This document shows positions 46,391 to 55,929 of a stretch of DNA of 64,000 nt, in pieces. How positions within the stretch are numbered: position 1 is the first letter of the stretch; every line of letters starts with the position of its first letter. Source of the DNA: Anaerolineae bacterium (GTDB lineage: Bacteria; Chloroflexota; Anaerolineae; Aggregatilineales; UBA3940). The stretch is from NCBI GenBank assembly GCA_034435015.1, contig DAOTYH010000062.1, positions 1,219-65,218 of the forward strand, written 5' to 3'. Under the pieces are notes generated by a model. The model saw only the letters and a program-made list of their open reading frames with translations. It made no database searches and was not told the DNA's origin. Position numbers and translations under genes: made by a program.

Positions 46391-47693
46391 GCGCAGACTG
46401 GATAGCCTGCAAGGAAGTCAGCCAGCGCACTCTGGCCACAAAGTCATGGAGTGAAGCGCTGTAGTAGCGTAGCTCACGTAGCGCCGGCCCAATCGGGTCC
46501 GAGCCGGTAGCGCCCGGCTGGTCGGCATAGGAGCCATAGAAAGCAAAGTAAGCTTGATTCAGTTTGCGGATCGCATATCCATTCTCTACAAACAGGGCAC
46601 GCCTCTCTTCCATATATTGCTCGGCTTCCTCCACGCGCCCGGCGGCAAGCAGTTCGTCCACGCGGACACGGGTGGTGTGCATCTCGGCACGGAAGTCGAA
46701 GGCAGGCTGTTCCGGCGGTTGGGCGGGTTGCTCTGGAGGGGGGGCAGGTGCATAGGAAGGGGGCGGCCCCGCCAGATCGGGATAGTAGCGATTTAACACG
46801 GCCCACCCAATCTCATTGCCAATGATGCTGGCTACCGTCTCGTTGATCGTGTACAACTCCGGTGTGAGGCCGTAGCTTAGCCCCAGTGGGAAGAAACTCA
46901 GGTAATGATGGCTCCACTCATGCGCGCCAATTTCGAACACATGCGGGAGATAACCGGTCTCAATGAGCATAGCCGGCCAGACAGCCAATCCTCCCAGCGG
47001 CACAATCAGAGAGGAGACGTTCATTTGGCTGTCTACGTTGTCCTCAATGGTCTCCATCTGTTCTACGGTCAGGCCATGTTCGAGCGGATAAGAGCCGATA
47101 CGCTCAATATGGTCACGGGGAGAGATAATCAGAATAGTGGGAAGCCGGGTAAAGCGGAGCGCAACGGGCGGGAAGATCTGGCCTCCTAAACCGAAGCCGT
47201 ACTCTTCGAGTGTCTCGGCAATCTGGGCCTCGATGATTGACTCGGCCAGCGCCTGTCGCGACTCTTGAACGGCACGTAAGGCATCCCGTCGAGTGCGGAG
47301 GTCTGCGCTGGCAGTCTGCGGGTCTTCGATGGAGGGATCAGCATAAATGGCCTGTACCTGAATCTCAAGCTGGGCAATGTCATAGACTAGTTTGAGGTAG
47401 TCACGCACATACTGGGTACGCTCTTCCTCAGCCATGTAGCGCTGAGGGGCCAGAGTCGCATTGGCGGCCTTGTCGAGTAAGGCATTGATCTCCCAGCCGG
47501 CGAAGTTGAACAGGTAATCCCGTGCGAAGCCAAGCGTCCGAAAGGCTTGATCCTGTGGGTTGGGGCGGACACCCGGCACAACGGCCAGCAGTAGCGCGGC
47601 GAGAACCACTGCCCAAAAGCCCCGCCAGAAGGCAGGCCAGTTAATCCGCTGTGTTGAGCTGATCTTCCCGTGTGATGGCATATGAGCGATCAT
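46353..47693 (-). CDS. membrane-anchored hypothetical protein with HExxH motif (putative zinc metallopeptidase)
   Basis: 446 aa. One N-terminal TM segment (FWAVVLAALLLAVV) is followed by IGAHEWSHHYLSF and a Pro-rich segment (PPPSYAPAPPPEQPAQPPEQP). I do not recognise the family. Confidence 0.45.
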   Translation of the reverse strand: MIAHMPSHGKISSTQRINWPAFWRGFWAVVLAALLLAVVPGVRPNPQDQAFRTLGFARDYLFNFAGWEINALLDKAANATLAPQRYMAEEERTQYVRDYLKLVYDIAQLEIQVQAIYADPSIEDPQTASADLRTRRDALRAVQESRQALAESIIEAQIAETLEEYGFGLGGQIFPPVALRFTRLPTILIISPRDHIERIGSYPLEHGLTVEQMETIEDNVDSQMNVSSLIVPLGGLAVWPAMLIETGYLPHVFEIGAHEWSHHYLSFFPLGLSYGLTPELYTINETVASIIGNEIGWAVLNRYYPDLAGPPPSYAPAPPPEQPAQPPEQPAFDFRAEMHTTRVRVDELLAAGRVEEAEQYMEERRALFVENGYAIRKLNQAYFAFYGSYADQPGATGSDPIGPALRELRYYSASLHDFVARVRWLTSLQAIQSALEQARREAMVGR

Positions 47694-47753
47694 CTCCTCG
47701 CAAGGAGATTATATCGTAGGGAGTATCGGTTAGTCGTGTCTGCAAGACGAGAC

Positions 47754-47783
47754 AGAAGTTGGCAAGAAATAAGGCCAACTTCT
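47754..47783 (-). terminator. hairpin downstream of the FAD-oxidoreductase gene (10-bp stem)
   Basis: AGAAGTTGGC (47754-47763) pairs with GCCAACTTCT (47774-47783). There is no U-tract on the minus strand. Confidence 0.35.
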
Positions 47784-47830
47784 ATCTGTGGGCTGGTTAA
47801 ATAAACAGCAGGTGGCCGGGGATAGTAACA

Positions 47831-49141
47831 CTAAGCAGATGTATGGACAGCGGGTTTGTTACCCATCATTCTGCGGATGAGTTGCCAGTCGCGCAGGATC
47901 AAGGGCAGGCTGGACATGCCCCATTTCAACATTTCCATCATCATGGGCTTCCAACTGCCAGAGAAGAATGGCGCCAAATTCACTCTGCCCAACGTCCCAC
48001 TGATACGATCCAGCTCCTCATCGCTCATCTCAGCCATGCTGGTAATGATCTTGCCTTCCATGTCTAGACCACGCAGAAGAGGGCCGTGAAACAGTCGGTC
48101 GTAAGCGGCCAAACTCTTGGCTGAGGTGTCACCTCTTGCAATGGCCTGAGCGGCGATGCGGGCCGCCTGTTGCCCCAGATAGATGCAAGGCAGGATGCCC
48201 AGATGGCCGCCGGGGGTCACTGAGTCGCCAACACCAATCAAGCCGTCTTTTACAACATGGGGAGGGGCATCACAGATCACCATTCGTGTACCTGCTCGAT
48301 TGGTCACTTTTGACTCTGTAAATAAGTCTTTCACACGCGGGTCGTTATGCTTGTATTCCTCGAGGTAGCACCATAAAGACTCTTCTGTGCAGGCCTGGGG
48401 GCGGTCAGCGAAAACTGAGAAGTAGATGCCTGCCCGGCCCGCTGTTGGTATTACTACCGCCCCAAAGGCGGGTTTGTTGACAGAGGTGTACCGCCTCCCA
48501 AGTGTGTTGATCTGTTGCCCTGCGTGGTGGGGCTGAATAGCGGGGGCTTCAACTTCCTCAGCCGCGATAAAAGCATAGCGCTTGCTTGAGGGAGGATATA
48601 GTCCTCCCTCAAGCGTGAACTGGCGTGAAACCCCTTCCGCAGACAGGACAATCCGCGCGTGTATTTTCTCCTGACGGGTGCATACACCAACAATCCACCC
48701 GTTTTCTATCACCAGCCCCGTAACAGGCGTACCGAAACGAAGTTCAGCCCCTGCGGCAACAGCTTCCTCAGCCATTAATCGCAACAGGACAGCCTTATCA
48801 ACTGCGGCAATCGGGAAGTCGTCCCGGTTAGGGAAGATGGCCTCAAAGGTCAGACCGCCTGGGCTGATGTAGCACTGCTTGTAAAGCGATCCGATTACCA
48901 AGGCGGCAGGAATGAAGAGGTCTAGCTCAGGGAAGTGCAGTCCATCCTCTTGACGTTGGCCCGTAACGAAGCCCGGCAGAGGGGCAATGACGGCGCTACA
49001 GGGATGTCCTAACTCGCCTGCGGCTGAAAGCTTCTCCAGCAACAGGGTCTTGAGGCCCGATTTAGCCGCTGTACGGGCGGCGCTCAAACCCGCCGGCCCT
49101 CCCCCGATAACGACGGCATCGAACAATTCGTGACCGGGCAT
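47831..49141 (-). CDS. FAD-dependent oxidoreductase, geranylgeranyl-reductase-like family
   Basis: The sequence shows DAVVIGGGPAGLSAARTAAKSGLKTLLLEK (GxGxxG) and LIGVGDS near the C-terminal FAD contact. A ~100-aa C-terminal extension follows. Confidence 0.7.
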   Translation of the reverse strand: MPGHELFDAVVIGGGPAGLSAARTAAKSGLKTLLLEKLSAAGELGHPCSAVIAPLPGFVTGQRQEDGLHFPELDLFIPAALVIGSLYKQCYISPGGLTFEAIFPNRDDFPIAAVDKAVLLRLMAEEAVAAGAELRFGTPVTGLVIENGWIVGVCTRQEKIHARIVLSAEGVSRQFTLEGGLYPPSSKRYAFIAAEEVEAPAIQPHHAGQQINTLGRRYTSVNKPAFGAVVIPTAGRAGIYFSVFADRPQACTEESLWCYLEEYKHNDPRVKDLFTESKVTNRAGTRMVICDAPPHVVKDGLIGVGDSVTPGGHLGILPCIYLGQQAARIAAQAIARGDTSAKSLAAYDRLFHGPLLRGLDMEGKIITSMAEMSDEELDRISGTLGRVNLAPFFSGSWKPMMMEMLKWGMSSLPLILRDWQLIRRMMGNKPAVHTSA

Positions 49142-49178
49142 GGCAACGCTCCTTCTAGAGTATGCCCATTTCAGACAC

Positions 49179-50108
49179 TTAGCCCGAAATAGATACCGCT
49201 TCCAGAACCTCCATGTGTTCAGGGCGTAGTTGGCGAATTACCTCTAGCGATTGCTCCACTTCTTCCACTTGGGGTAACTCGATCACAATCGGCCCCGTCC
49301 AGCCAGCCTGCTCAAGGGTGTTCAGCAGACGTGCTAAGTCAAGATCGCCTTCACCCAATGCTCGGTGATCCTCGCCATACCGCATGATATGCTCCGGCCC
49401 CTGCGCCAGCGAGTCATGCAGGTGAACCTCACCTAGGATCGGCATGGCATCTTCCAATGCGGCAAAGAATTCAACCGGGCCGCTGAAGCCAGCCAACACG
49501 TGCCCTGTATCAAAGCACAGAGAGACACCCATTTCCATTGCCAGCCTTACTGTCATCTCAAAGGGGAAGGTGATGGTCTCGATAGCCAGCCGCTGGCTGT
49601 CAATCTGGGTCTGGGTAAGTATCTCTTCGATACTGCGCCGGGCATAATCCAAGAATTGGTACATGATAAGGCTACAGGCTGGTTCAGGCAGGTTGCGCGT
49701 ATAAAACTCAGCCGCCAGCGGCCCGGTGGCATGATAAACATAGCGCTCCGGGCATAGTGGTTCAAACGTCTGGATGGCCTGAACAGTAGCCAGCGCTGAT
49801 GCCTTGCGGACTGCATCAAGGGGGGTGGCAGGCTCTACTGACCAGAGCGGCAGGTGCACTGTGTAGGTAATGTTTTCCTGTTCCGCAATCTGGCGCAGGT
49901 CGGCAATGCTGGACGGTGAGGCCACCTGCGGTAGGAAGACAGGCAAATCACTGGCAAGCTCCACCAGCCGAATCCCTCTCTCAACCAGCGATTCAACCAC
50001 GCTCCTGTAATTGAACTTCATGACCATTTGGAGAAGTTGCTCAGGCGAAGCAGACGAGCTGTTAGATACCAGTGAGGCAGGCATCAGGGCAGGGGCTCCA
50101 AAACGCAT
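49179..50108 (-). CDS. xylose-isomerase-like TIM-barrel protein (sugar phosphate isomerase/epimerase / AP-endonuclease-2 superfamily)
   Basis: ATG at 50108 is preceded by AAGGAG with a 7-nt spacer. Metal-ligand-type blocks are visible: YTVHLP, YVYHATG, LAIETI, CFDTGH, EVHLHD and IVIELP. Confidence 0.6.
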   Translation of the reverse strand: MRFGAPALMPASLVSNSSSASPEQLLQMVMKFNYRSVVESLVERGIRLVELASDLPVFLPQVASPSSIADLRQIAEQENITYTVHLPLWSVEPATPLDAVRKASALATVQAIQTFEPLCPERYVYHATGPLAAEFYTRNLPEPACSLIMYQFLDYARRSIEEILTQTQIDSQRLAIETITFPFEMTVRLAMEMGVSLCFDTGHVLAGFSGPVEFFAALEDAMPILGEVHLHDSLAQGPEHIMRYGEDHRALGEGDLDLARLLNTLEQAGWTGPIVIELPQVEEVEQSLEVIRQLRPEHMEVLEAVSISG

Positions 50109-50294
50109 AACAAGTCTCCTTAAAACTATAAACGCTACCTTTCCCATGACGCTACTACTGCGATGATAAGGGAAGCGCAAGCTCTGCTTAAGAACGGTTT
50201 ATGGGAATGTTAAGAAAGACTGCTTTTAGGGGCCTTATTCTTAAGTGCCCCATAAAGTGCAGTTAACATTAGGCGCATACCTTCTAGTGCGCCT

Positions 50295-51008
50295 ATGGAC
50301 GCACAGAAGATGAGCCTAGCCGATGTGAGTGTTATCCTCCCTACTCGTAATGAGGCAGGGAATATACGCACCTTTTTATCTTCATTACCCTCATGGGTGC
50401 CGCTGATCGTCGTTGATTCAAGCCGCGATCACACGACAGATATTCTTCTTGAAGCGAGGCCATTGAACACGGTTGTTATCAGCCAGCCTGCCAACATTCC
50501 GCAGGCCCGCAACATCGGGGCGCAGATGGCACGGACACGTTGGCTGTTGTTCACCGATGCCGACGTGGTGTTCGACAAAAATTACTTTGCCCGCCTCAAC
50601 GACTATCTACAGGGTGAGGCAGGGCTGGTTTATGGCCCTAAACATTCCGCTGGCGGTTATGAAGGGTATTACCGTCTGTTTGTCTGGGGACAAAGCCTAG
50701 CGCACCGGCTGGGTATCCCGGCGGCCTCAGGGTCTAACCTGTTGATCCGGCGGGATGCCTTCCAAGCATGTAATGGTTTCGATGAGAAGCTGACCGTTAA
50801 TGAGGACACAGAAATCGCCTTTCGAATCAAACGCGCCGGATACGCAATCGTCTTTGCCCCCCATCTGTCTGTCTATTCCACTGATCATCGCCGTCTGAGG
50901 CGGGGAGTTCTTCGCAAGACTCTACACTCCGCCATTCGGGGGTTGTTGTTGTACTCTCGCCTGATGCCTGAGCGCTGGCGCTCTCATGACTGGGGTTACT
51001 GGTCATAA
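50295..51008 (+). CDS. glycosyltransferase family 2
   Basis: VSVILPTRNEAGNI and the FTDADVVF (DxD) motif are present in a 237-aa protein. Confidence 0.75.
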   Translation: MDAQKMSLADVSVILPTRNEAGNIRTFLSSLPSWVPLIVVDSSRDHTTDILLEARPLNTVVISQPANIPQARNIGAQMARTRWLLFTDADVVFDKNYFARLNDYLQGEAGLVYGPKHSAGGYEGYYRLFVWGQSLAHRLGIPAASGSNLLIRRDAFQACNGFDEKLTVNEDTEIAFRIKRAGYAIVFAPHLSVYSTDHRRLRRGVLRKTLHSAIRGLLLYSRLMPERWRSHDWGYWS

Positions 51009-51025
51009 GGATAGCGTAAGGAGAT

Positions 51026-52198
51026 ATGATGCGTATTGCCCTGTTTACTGAGACCTTCCTCCCTAAGATTGACGGGATTGTCAACACGTTGTGTTCTCTA
51101 CTCGAATATCTGGCCCAGCAGGGGCACGAGAGCATTCTATTTGCGCCAGAAGGGGCACCACTATCTTATGCCGCAACGCGCATCTATCCCCTGCCGGCTA
51201 TGCCGCTACCCTTCTACCCAGAGCTTAAGCTGGCTTCCCCCTTGGTGGAGATTAGAGAACAGCTTATCGCCTTCAGACCGGATGTAGTCCACCTCCTTAA
51301 TCCGTTGGCCTTGGTCGGTGCCGGGATGGCAGGTTTGAGTCAGGCGCAAGCGTTGGGAATACCTACCGTAGCCTCGTTTCACACCGATATTGCAGGCTTT
51401 GCAGAACAGTGGGGTTTAGGATTCCTAGATGAGGCAATCTGGGCGCTGTTACGCTGGACCTACAATAAGGCAGATTTAACTCTGGCTCCTTCGTTTGCTA
51501 CCTTATATGAACTTGAACGCCGCAGTTTTGAGCATCTTGATGTGTGGACACGGGGTGTTGATTCAGCACGCTTTAACCCGGCCCGTTTTAGTGAGGAGTG
51601 GCGATGGCGTCTGTCAGATGGCAACCCCGATGCGCCATTGTTGCTGTATGTTGGCCGCACTTCTACGGAAAAGCGCATTGACTGGCTGAGGCCATTGATG
51701 GACGCTCTACCCGGCGTGAGGCTGGCCATTGTAGGCGATGGTCCGGCTCGTGATGATCTAGAGAGGCTGTTTGCCGGTACAGCAACGGTATTCACCGGTT
51801 ACCTGCGCGGCGACGACCTGGCATATGCCTATGCCTCAGCGGATGTGTTTGTCTTCCCTTCACACAAAGAGACGCTGGGCAACGTTGTGTTGGAGGCTAT
51901 GGCCTCTGGACTGCCGGTTGTGGCGGCAGGTTCTGGCGGCCCGCTGGACCTGATCGCCGATGGTAAAAATGGCTTGCTGTTTGAGCCTACAGACCCCGAC
52001 GATCTACTCAGGTGCGTGAGATGGCTGTTGCAACATCCGGATTTAGCCCAGAGACTAGGCGTTGAGGCACGCCGGACTGCTGAGCATCGCGAGTGGAACT
52101 ATGTCCACGATCAACTATTAGCACATTATCAGCGTGTGTGCCTGCCAACTGAGGCCTCCTTTCAAATGTATTCTTACCCAGACAAGGTACTTCGCTAA
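51026..52198 (+). CDS. glycosyltransferase family 4 (GT-B, retaining)
   Basis: The sequence shows MRIALFTETFLPKIDGIVN and the E-x7-E region FPSHKETLGNVVLEAMASGLPVV. Tandem ATGs lie at 51026 and 51029, and the AAGGAG spacing favours 51029. Confidence 0.8.
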   Translation: MMRIALFTETFLPKIDGIVNTLCSLLEYLAQQGHESILFAPEGAPLSYAATRIYPLPAMPLPFYPELKLASPLVEIREQLIAFRPDVVHLLNPLALVGAGMAGLSQAQALGIPTVASFHTDIAGFAEQWGLGFLDEAIWALLRWTYNKADLTLAPSFATLYELERRSFEHLDVWTRGVDSARFNPARFSEEWRWRLSDGNPDAPLLLYVGRTSTEKRIDWLRPLMDALPGVRLAIVGDGPARDDLERLFAGTATVFTGYLRGDDLAYAYASADVFVFPSHKETLGNVVLEAMASGLPVVAAGSGGPLDLIADGKNGLLFEPTDPDDLLRCVRWLLQHPDLAQRLGVEARRTAEHREWNYVHDQLLAHYQRVCLPTEASFQMYSYPDKVLR

Positions 52199-52338
52199 CA
52201 GGGCTAGATACTCTGCGGGCAGGCCCGGCCTCGGCCTGATATGACCAGTTGCTCCTGATTGTCATCTTTCTGCCGTTGCGTCTCCTATAGACTGCATACA
52301 TGCCCGTCTATTAGATATTTCTCTGTCTTCTACTCAGA

Positions 52339-52367
52339 TAGACGATCATTCTTGATGGTGCTATACT
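52339..52367 (+). promoter_or_regulatory. extended -10 promoter for the ROK kinase gene (TAGACG-N17-TATACT with TGC extension)
   Basis: TGCTATACT at 52359-52367 sits just upstream of the ORF-track TTG start at 52383. The ATG at 52401 is therefore the more plausible start. Confidence 0.45.
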
Positions 52368-52400
52368 TGCCCCGATTCCTTCTTGTCCCGGAGACACGTC

Positions 52401-53363
52401 ATGGAGACCATCATTGGTGTTGACGTAGGGGGCACATTGTTACGTGCCGCCCGCTATGATCTTGACATGAATCTGCTGGAACGGACTGAGCAACTGACGC
52501 TGGCAGAGCTTGGCCAAGACGCAGTGCTGGAGAGGCTGTACGAGACAATCACGCAAGTTCTGCCGGAGCCGCCAGATGAGTTGCTGGGGATTGGGGTAGC
52601 TCTTCCCGGCCCGCTTGATGCTGAGGGAGGCATCCTGTTCAATCCACCAAACCTGCCTTTTCAAGAAAATCTTCCTATTAGCTACCTGATCGAGCAGGCC
52701 GTTGGCGGGCCGGTGTTCATCGGCAATGATGCTGACCTCGCCGGGCTGGCCGAACATCAGCTTGGCGCTGGGCGGGGCACACGCTCGATGATCTATATGA
52801 CGATCAGCACAGGGATAGGCGGGGGCGTGATCTTGAACGGCCAAGTTTACAGCGGCCGCGGGCTGGCTGGAGAGGTCGGCCATATGGTCGTCTGGCCCGA
52901 TGGGCCGCTGTGTGGTTGTGGACGGCATGGTCATCTAGAGGCTATTTCCTCCGGCACAGCCATTGCCCGTATTGCACGTGAGCGGCTGGCAGGGGGCGCA
53001 CTCTCCAGTATCACTGAACTGGTTGGCGGTGATCTCACTCAGGTAACAGCCAAAGTGGTAGGAGAGGCGGCGCAGGCAGGCGATCCGCTCGCTCTGGAGA
53101 TTGTCACGCAGGCGGGACGATATTTGGGCATCCACATTGCTTCACTGATGGCACTTCTCAACCCGGATATGTTTGTGCTAGGCGGGGGCGTGACAAAGCT
53201 GGGGGACCTGCTGTTCAAACCCATGCATGAGGCAATTCACGAATATGCCCTGCATCCACGCTACTGGGAGAATTGCCCTATCGTCACTGCTCAACTTGGG
53301 AGTGACGTAGGTCTGATTGGCGCCGCCGCGTTGGTAAAGATGAAAATAGGGGTGCCAGAATAG
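52401..53363 (+). CDS. ROK-family glucokinase
   Basis: The sequence shows IIGVDVGGT, GNDADLAGLAEH and the ROK zinc motif CGCGRHGHLEA. Confidence 0.8.
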   Translation: METIIGVDVGGTLLRAARYDLDMNLLERTEQLTLAELGQDAVLERLYETITQVLPEPPDELLGIGVALPGPLDAEGGILFNPPNLPFQENLPISYLIEQAVGGPVFIGNDADLAGLAEHQLGAGRGTRSMIYMTISTGIGGGVILNGQVYSGRGLAGEVGHMVVWPDGPLCGCGRHGHLEAISSGTAIARIARERLAGGALSSITELVGGDLTQVTAKVVGEAAQAGDPLALEIVTQAGRYLGIHIASLMALLNPDMFVLGGGVTKLGDLLFKPMHEAIHEYALHPRYWENCPIVTAQLGSDVGLIGAAALVKMKIGVPE

Positions 53364-53397
53364 AATTGTTTAGAGAGACGCCGTATTGAGATTAAGC

Positions 53398-53428
53398 AGG
53401 CACGTCAGCGGTTGACGTGCCTTTTTTG
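53398..53428 (+). terminator. rho-independent terminator
   Basis: A 10-bp stem (AGGCACGTCA / TGACGTGCCT) with a 5-nt loop is followed by TTTTTTG. Confidence 0.75.
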
Positions 53429-53549
53429 CCTGCCTGCGGCTCGATTGCACCACTTTTGGGGATAATGGTATACTGACCTCAGGCTCCCAGATTTTCACAA
53501 CTGAGGCTGGCTTGCAACTCGGCTCGTGCAGGGATGAGAGCAAGAAAGT

Positions 53550-55817
53550 ATGGCAGATCAACAAGAAGCATACCAGGCCGCGATGAGGGAAGCATCAAGT
53601 GCCGCGTGGGATCATGACTGGGAACGCGCTGTCTCCGCCTGCGAGCGTGCCTTACGAGTCTTCCCTGATGACCCTCAGGCATTGGCACTTTTAGCCTCTA
53701 GTCTAATGGAATTAGCCCGTTACCCAGAGGCACTGAGTGCCTATCAACGGGTCGGCCAGCTAGTTCCTAATGACCCCCTTCCCTTTGAGAAAATAGCAGA
53801 GATCCAAGAGTTCCTGGGGCAGATAAAAGAGGCGGCCAAGACCTACATGAATGTGGGCGAACTCCATTTTGCGCGGCGGGATGTTTCCCGTGCCGTCCTC
53901 AACTGGGAGCAGGCTGTACGTCTTGAGCCTGACTTGGCTCAGGCGCATTACCGGCTAGCAACAGTCTATGAGCGGAATCCCAAAAAGCATCCACAGGCAG
54001 TCATCGAATACTTGATCTTGGCTCGGCTCCTCCAACAGTACGGCCAAATACAGCGCGCTGAGCAGGCGCTTCAGCGGGCGGCAAACCTTGATCCGATCAA
54101 CCCGGATGTACGTAACGCGCAGGGCGATCTTAAGAGCGGGAAGCCCATCCAGCCGGTACAGCTCACCCCCCCAGAGGAATCTCTGTATCCTCAGCCCTCG
54201 GCAGAGGTGGAAACACGCGAGGAGCAAGAGCCTCTGCCGCCCTCACCCAAAGAGCCTACCCCCATCGAGGAGGCGGCCAAGTATGCGATGGGCCTTCTGG
54301 CGGATATGGTGTTCAGCGATCAGATCCCATCAGCGGCCAGAGTACCCCTGGTGAAAGCGACTGAACTACATCAGATAGCCCTTGATTCCCAACAGCCGGA
54401 CGATATAGAGAAGGCAATAACCGCCTATACCAAGACATTTGAGGCTGGCGTGGATCACCCCGCCTTGCGGTTTAATTTGGGCACGCTCTACCAGCAAGCC
54501 CGCCGCTTCCGTGATGCGTTGGGGTTACTCTCGCAGGTGGCTGAGATACCCGAATACTCTATCGCATGTAATCTGTCGCTGGGCTTGGTCTACTTCTCTC
54601 TCGATGAGTATCTGAAGGCGGCCCAGTGTCTGGTGCAGGCCTTGAGATTGGCTGATCAGCGGTTGAATCCCCAGCCAGACAGGGGCGGCTATGAACGCCT
54701 CCTGAGTAGTTTAAACAGCCTCAACACTGATCACTTGGTCGAGCTGTGCAAGGCTCTTGCACTCTACCTGAATGACGGTCATTGGCAAGCCAAGTTAACA
54801 CAAACGCTGGCCGGCTATGCCTCGCAGGGTAAGGCTAGTTATGTACCTGATCTAATCGAATTGGTCATCGAGGGCGGACGTCCGCAAATTGCCGAGATCA
54901 TGCAGCGTATTGACCATTACATGCAACGCAACATGATGATGCTGGCAATGGAAGAAGCCCATCATGCAATCGAGAAGTCACCTGACTACCTTCCAGCGCA
55001 CCGCCGCATGGCCGACATCCTGATCAAAGAGGGGCGTGCGCAAGAGGCGGCTACGAAGATCAACCTTGTCGCCAATACTTACCTGATACGCGGCAATGAA
55101 GATAAAGCGGCTGACCTGTTTATGCAGGTGATCGATCTATGGCCGGCGGATATGGCCGCCCGCCAGCGCGTGATTGATATGCTCAAGAGGCAAGGTCGGG
55201 TGGCAGAAGCGTTACGCCAGTATGGGGATATGGCCGGCATCTACCACCGCCTGATGGCCGATACCGACAAGGCAGTTGAGGTGTACAGCGAGGCGCTTCA
55301 CTATGCCGAACAGAATAAGGCTGAACCAACGTCTGTGATCCCAATTCTGAAGGCATTGGCGGATATTGAGAGCCAACGTCTCAACTGGAACAAGGCTCTA
55401 GGTTACTACATGCGCGTTCTAGAACTTGATCCTGAGGACGAGTCCTCCGTGCTGGCACTCATTGATCTGCACTTTCAATCGAATGATCCAGTCCGCGCCA
55501 TAGCCGCCCTCGATGCATACATGAAGCGTTGCATTGAGCGGAATGATGTTGAGCGTGCTCTATCAACATTGGAGGATCAAGTTCGCCGCAGGCCCGATGA
55601 GATCGGGCTGCGCCAGCGTCTGGCTGAGGTTTACCGGCAACAGAACCGTATTCCTGAGGCCATTGCCCAACTGGATGCTCTGGGTGAACTGCAACTGGAT
55701 GCTGGTCGTCGCGATGACGCCGTCAAGACAATTCGGCAGATCATCGCCCTGAACCCGCCCGGTGTAGAGGGGTATCGTCAGCTTTTAGAACAGCTTGAAA
55801 GTTCGGTGGACAGCTAG
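53550..55817 (+). CDS. TPR-repeat protein (large, soluble)
   Basis: 755 aa with many 34-aa TPR-like units (for example ALSAYQRVGQLVPNDP, AVLNWEQAVRLEPDLAQAHYRLATVY, ALGYYMRVLELDPEDE). No catalytic motif is recognised. Confidence 0.7.
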   Translation: MADQQEAYQAAMREASSAAWDHDWERAVSACERALRVFPDDPQALALLASSLMELARYPEALSAYQRVGQLVPNDPLPFEKIAEIQEFLGQIKEAAKTYMNVGELHFARRDVSRAVLNWEQAVRLEPDLAQAHYRLATVYERNPKKHPQAVIEYLILARLLQQYGQIQRAEQALQRAANLDPINPDVRNAQGDLKSGKPIQPVQLTPPEESLYPQPSAEVETREEQEPLPPSPKEPTPIEEAAKYAMGLLADMVFSDQIPSAARVPLVKATELHQIALDSQQPDDIEKAITAYTKTFEAGVDHPALRFNLGTLYQQARRFRDALGLLSQVAEIPEYSIACNLSLGLVYFSLDEYLKAAQCLVQALRLADQRLNPQPDRGGYERLLSSLNSLNTDHLVELCKALALYLNDGHWQAKLTQTLAGYASQGKASYVPDLIELVIEGGRPQIAEIMQRIDHYMQRNMMMLAMEEAHHAIEKSPDYLPAHRRMADILIKEGRAQEAATKINLVANTYLIRGNEDKAADLFMQVIDLWPADMAARQRVIDMLKRQGRVAEALRQYGDMAGIYHRLMADTDKAVEVYSEALHYAEQNKAEPTSVIPILKALADIESQRLNWNKALGYYMRVLELDPEDESSVLALIDLHFQSNDPVRAIAALDAYMKRCIERNDVERALSTLEDQVRRRPDEIGLRQRLAEVYRQQNRIPEAIAQLDALGELQLDAGRRDDAVKTIRQIIALNPPGVEGYRQLLEQLESSVDS

Positions 55818-55929
55818 CCAGACTCTTCCTGCCTGTGTGGAGTTTGCTTTCACTGATGGAGCATCCGTGCACCAATGCGGGGTGTGCGGTTCGCGCTTGC
55901 CCGAATAACCTGAGCTGGAGAGGCCGTCC

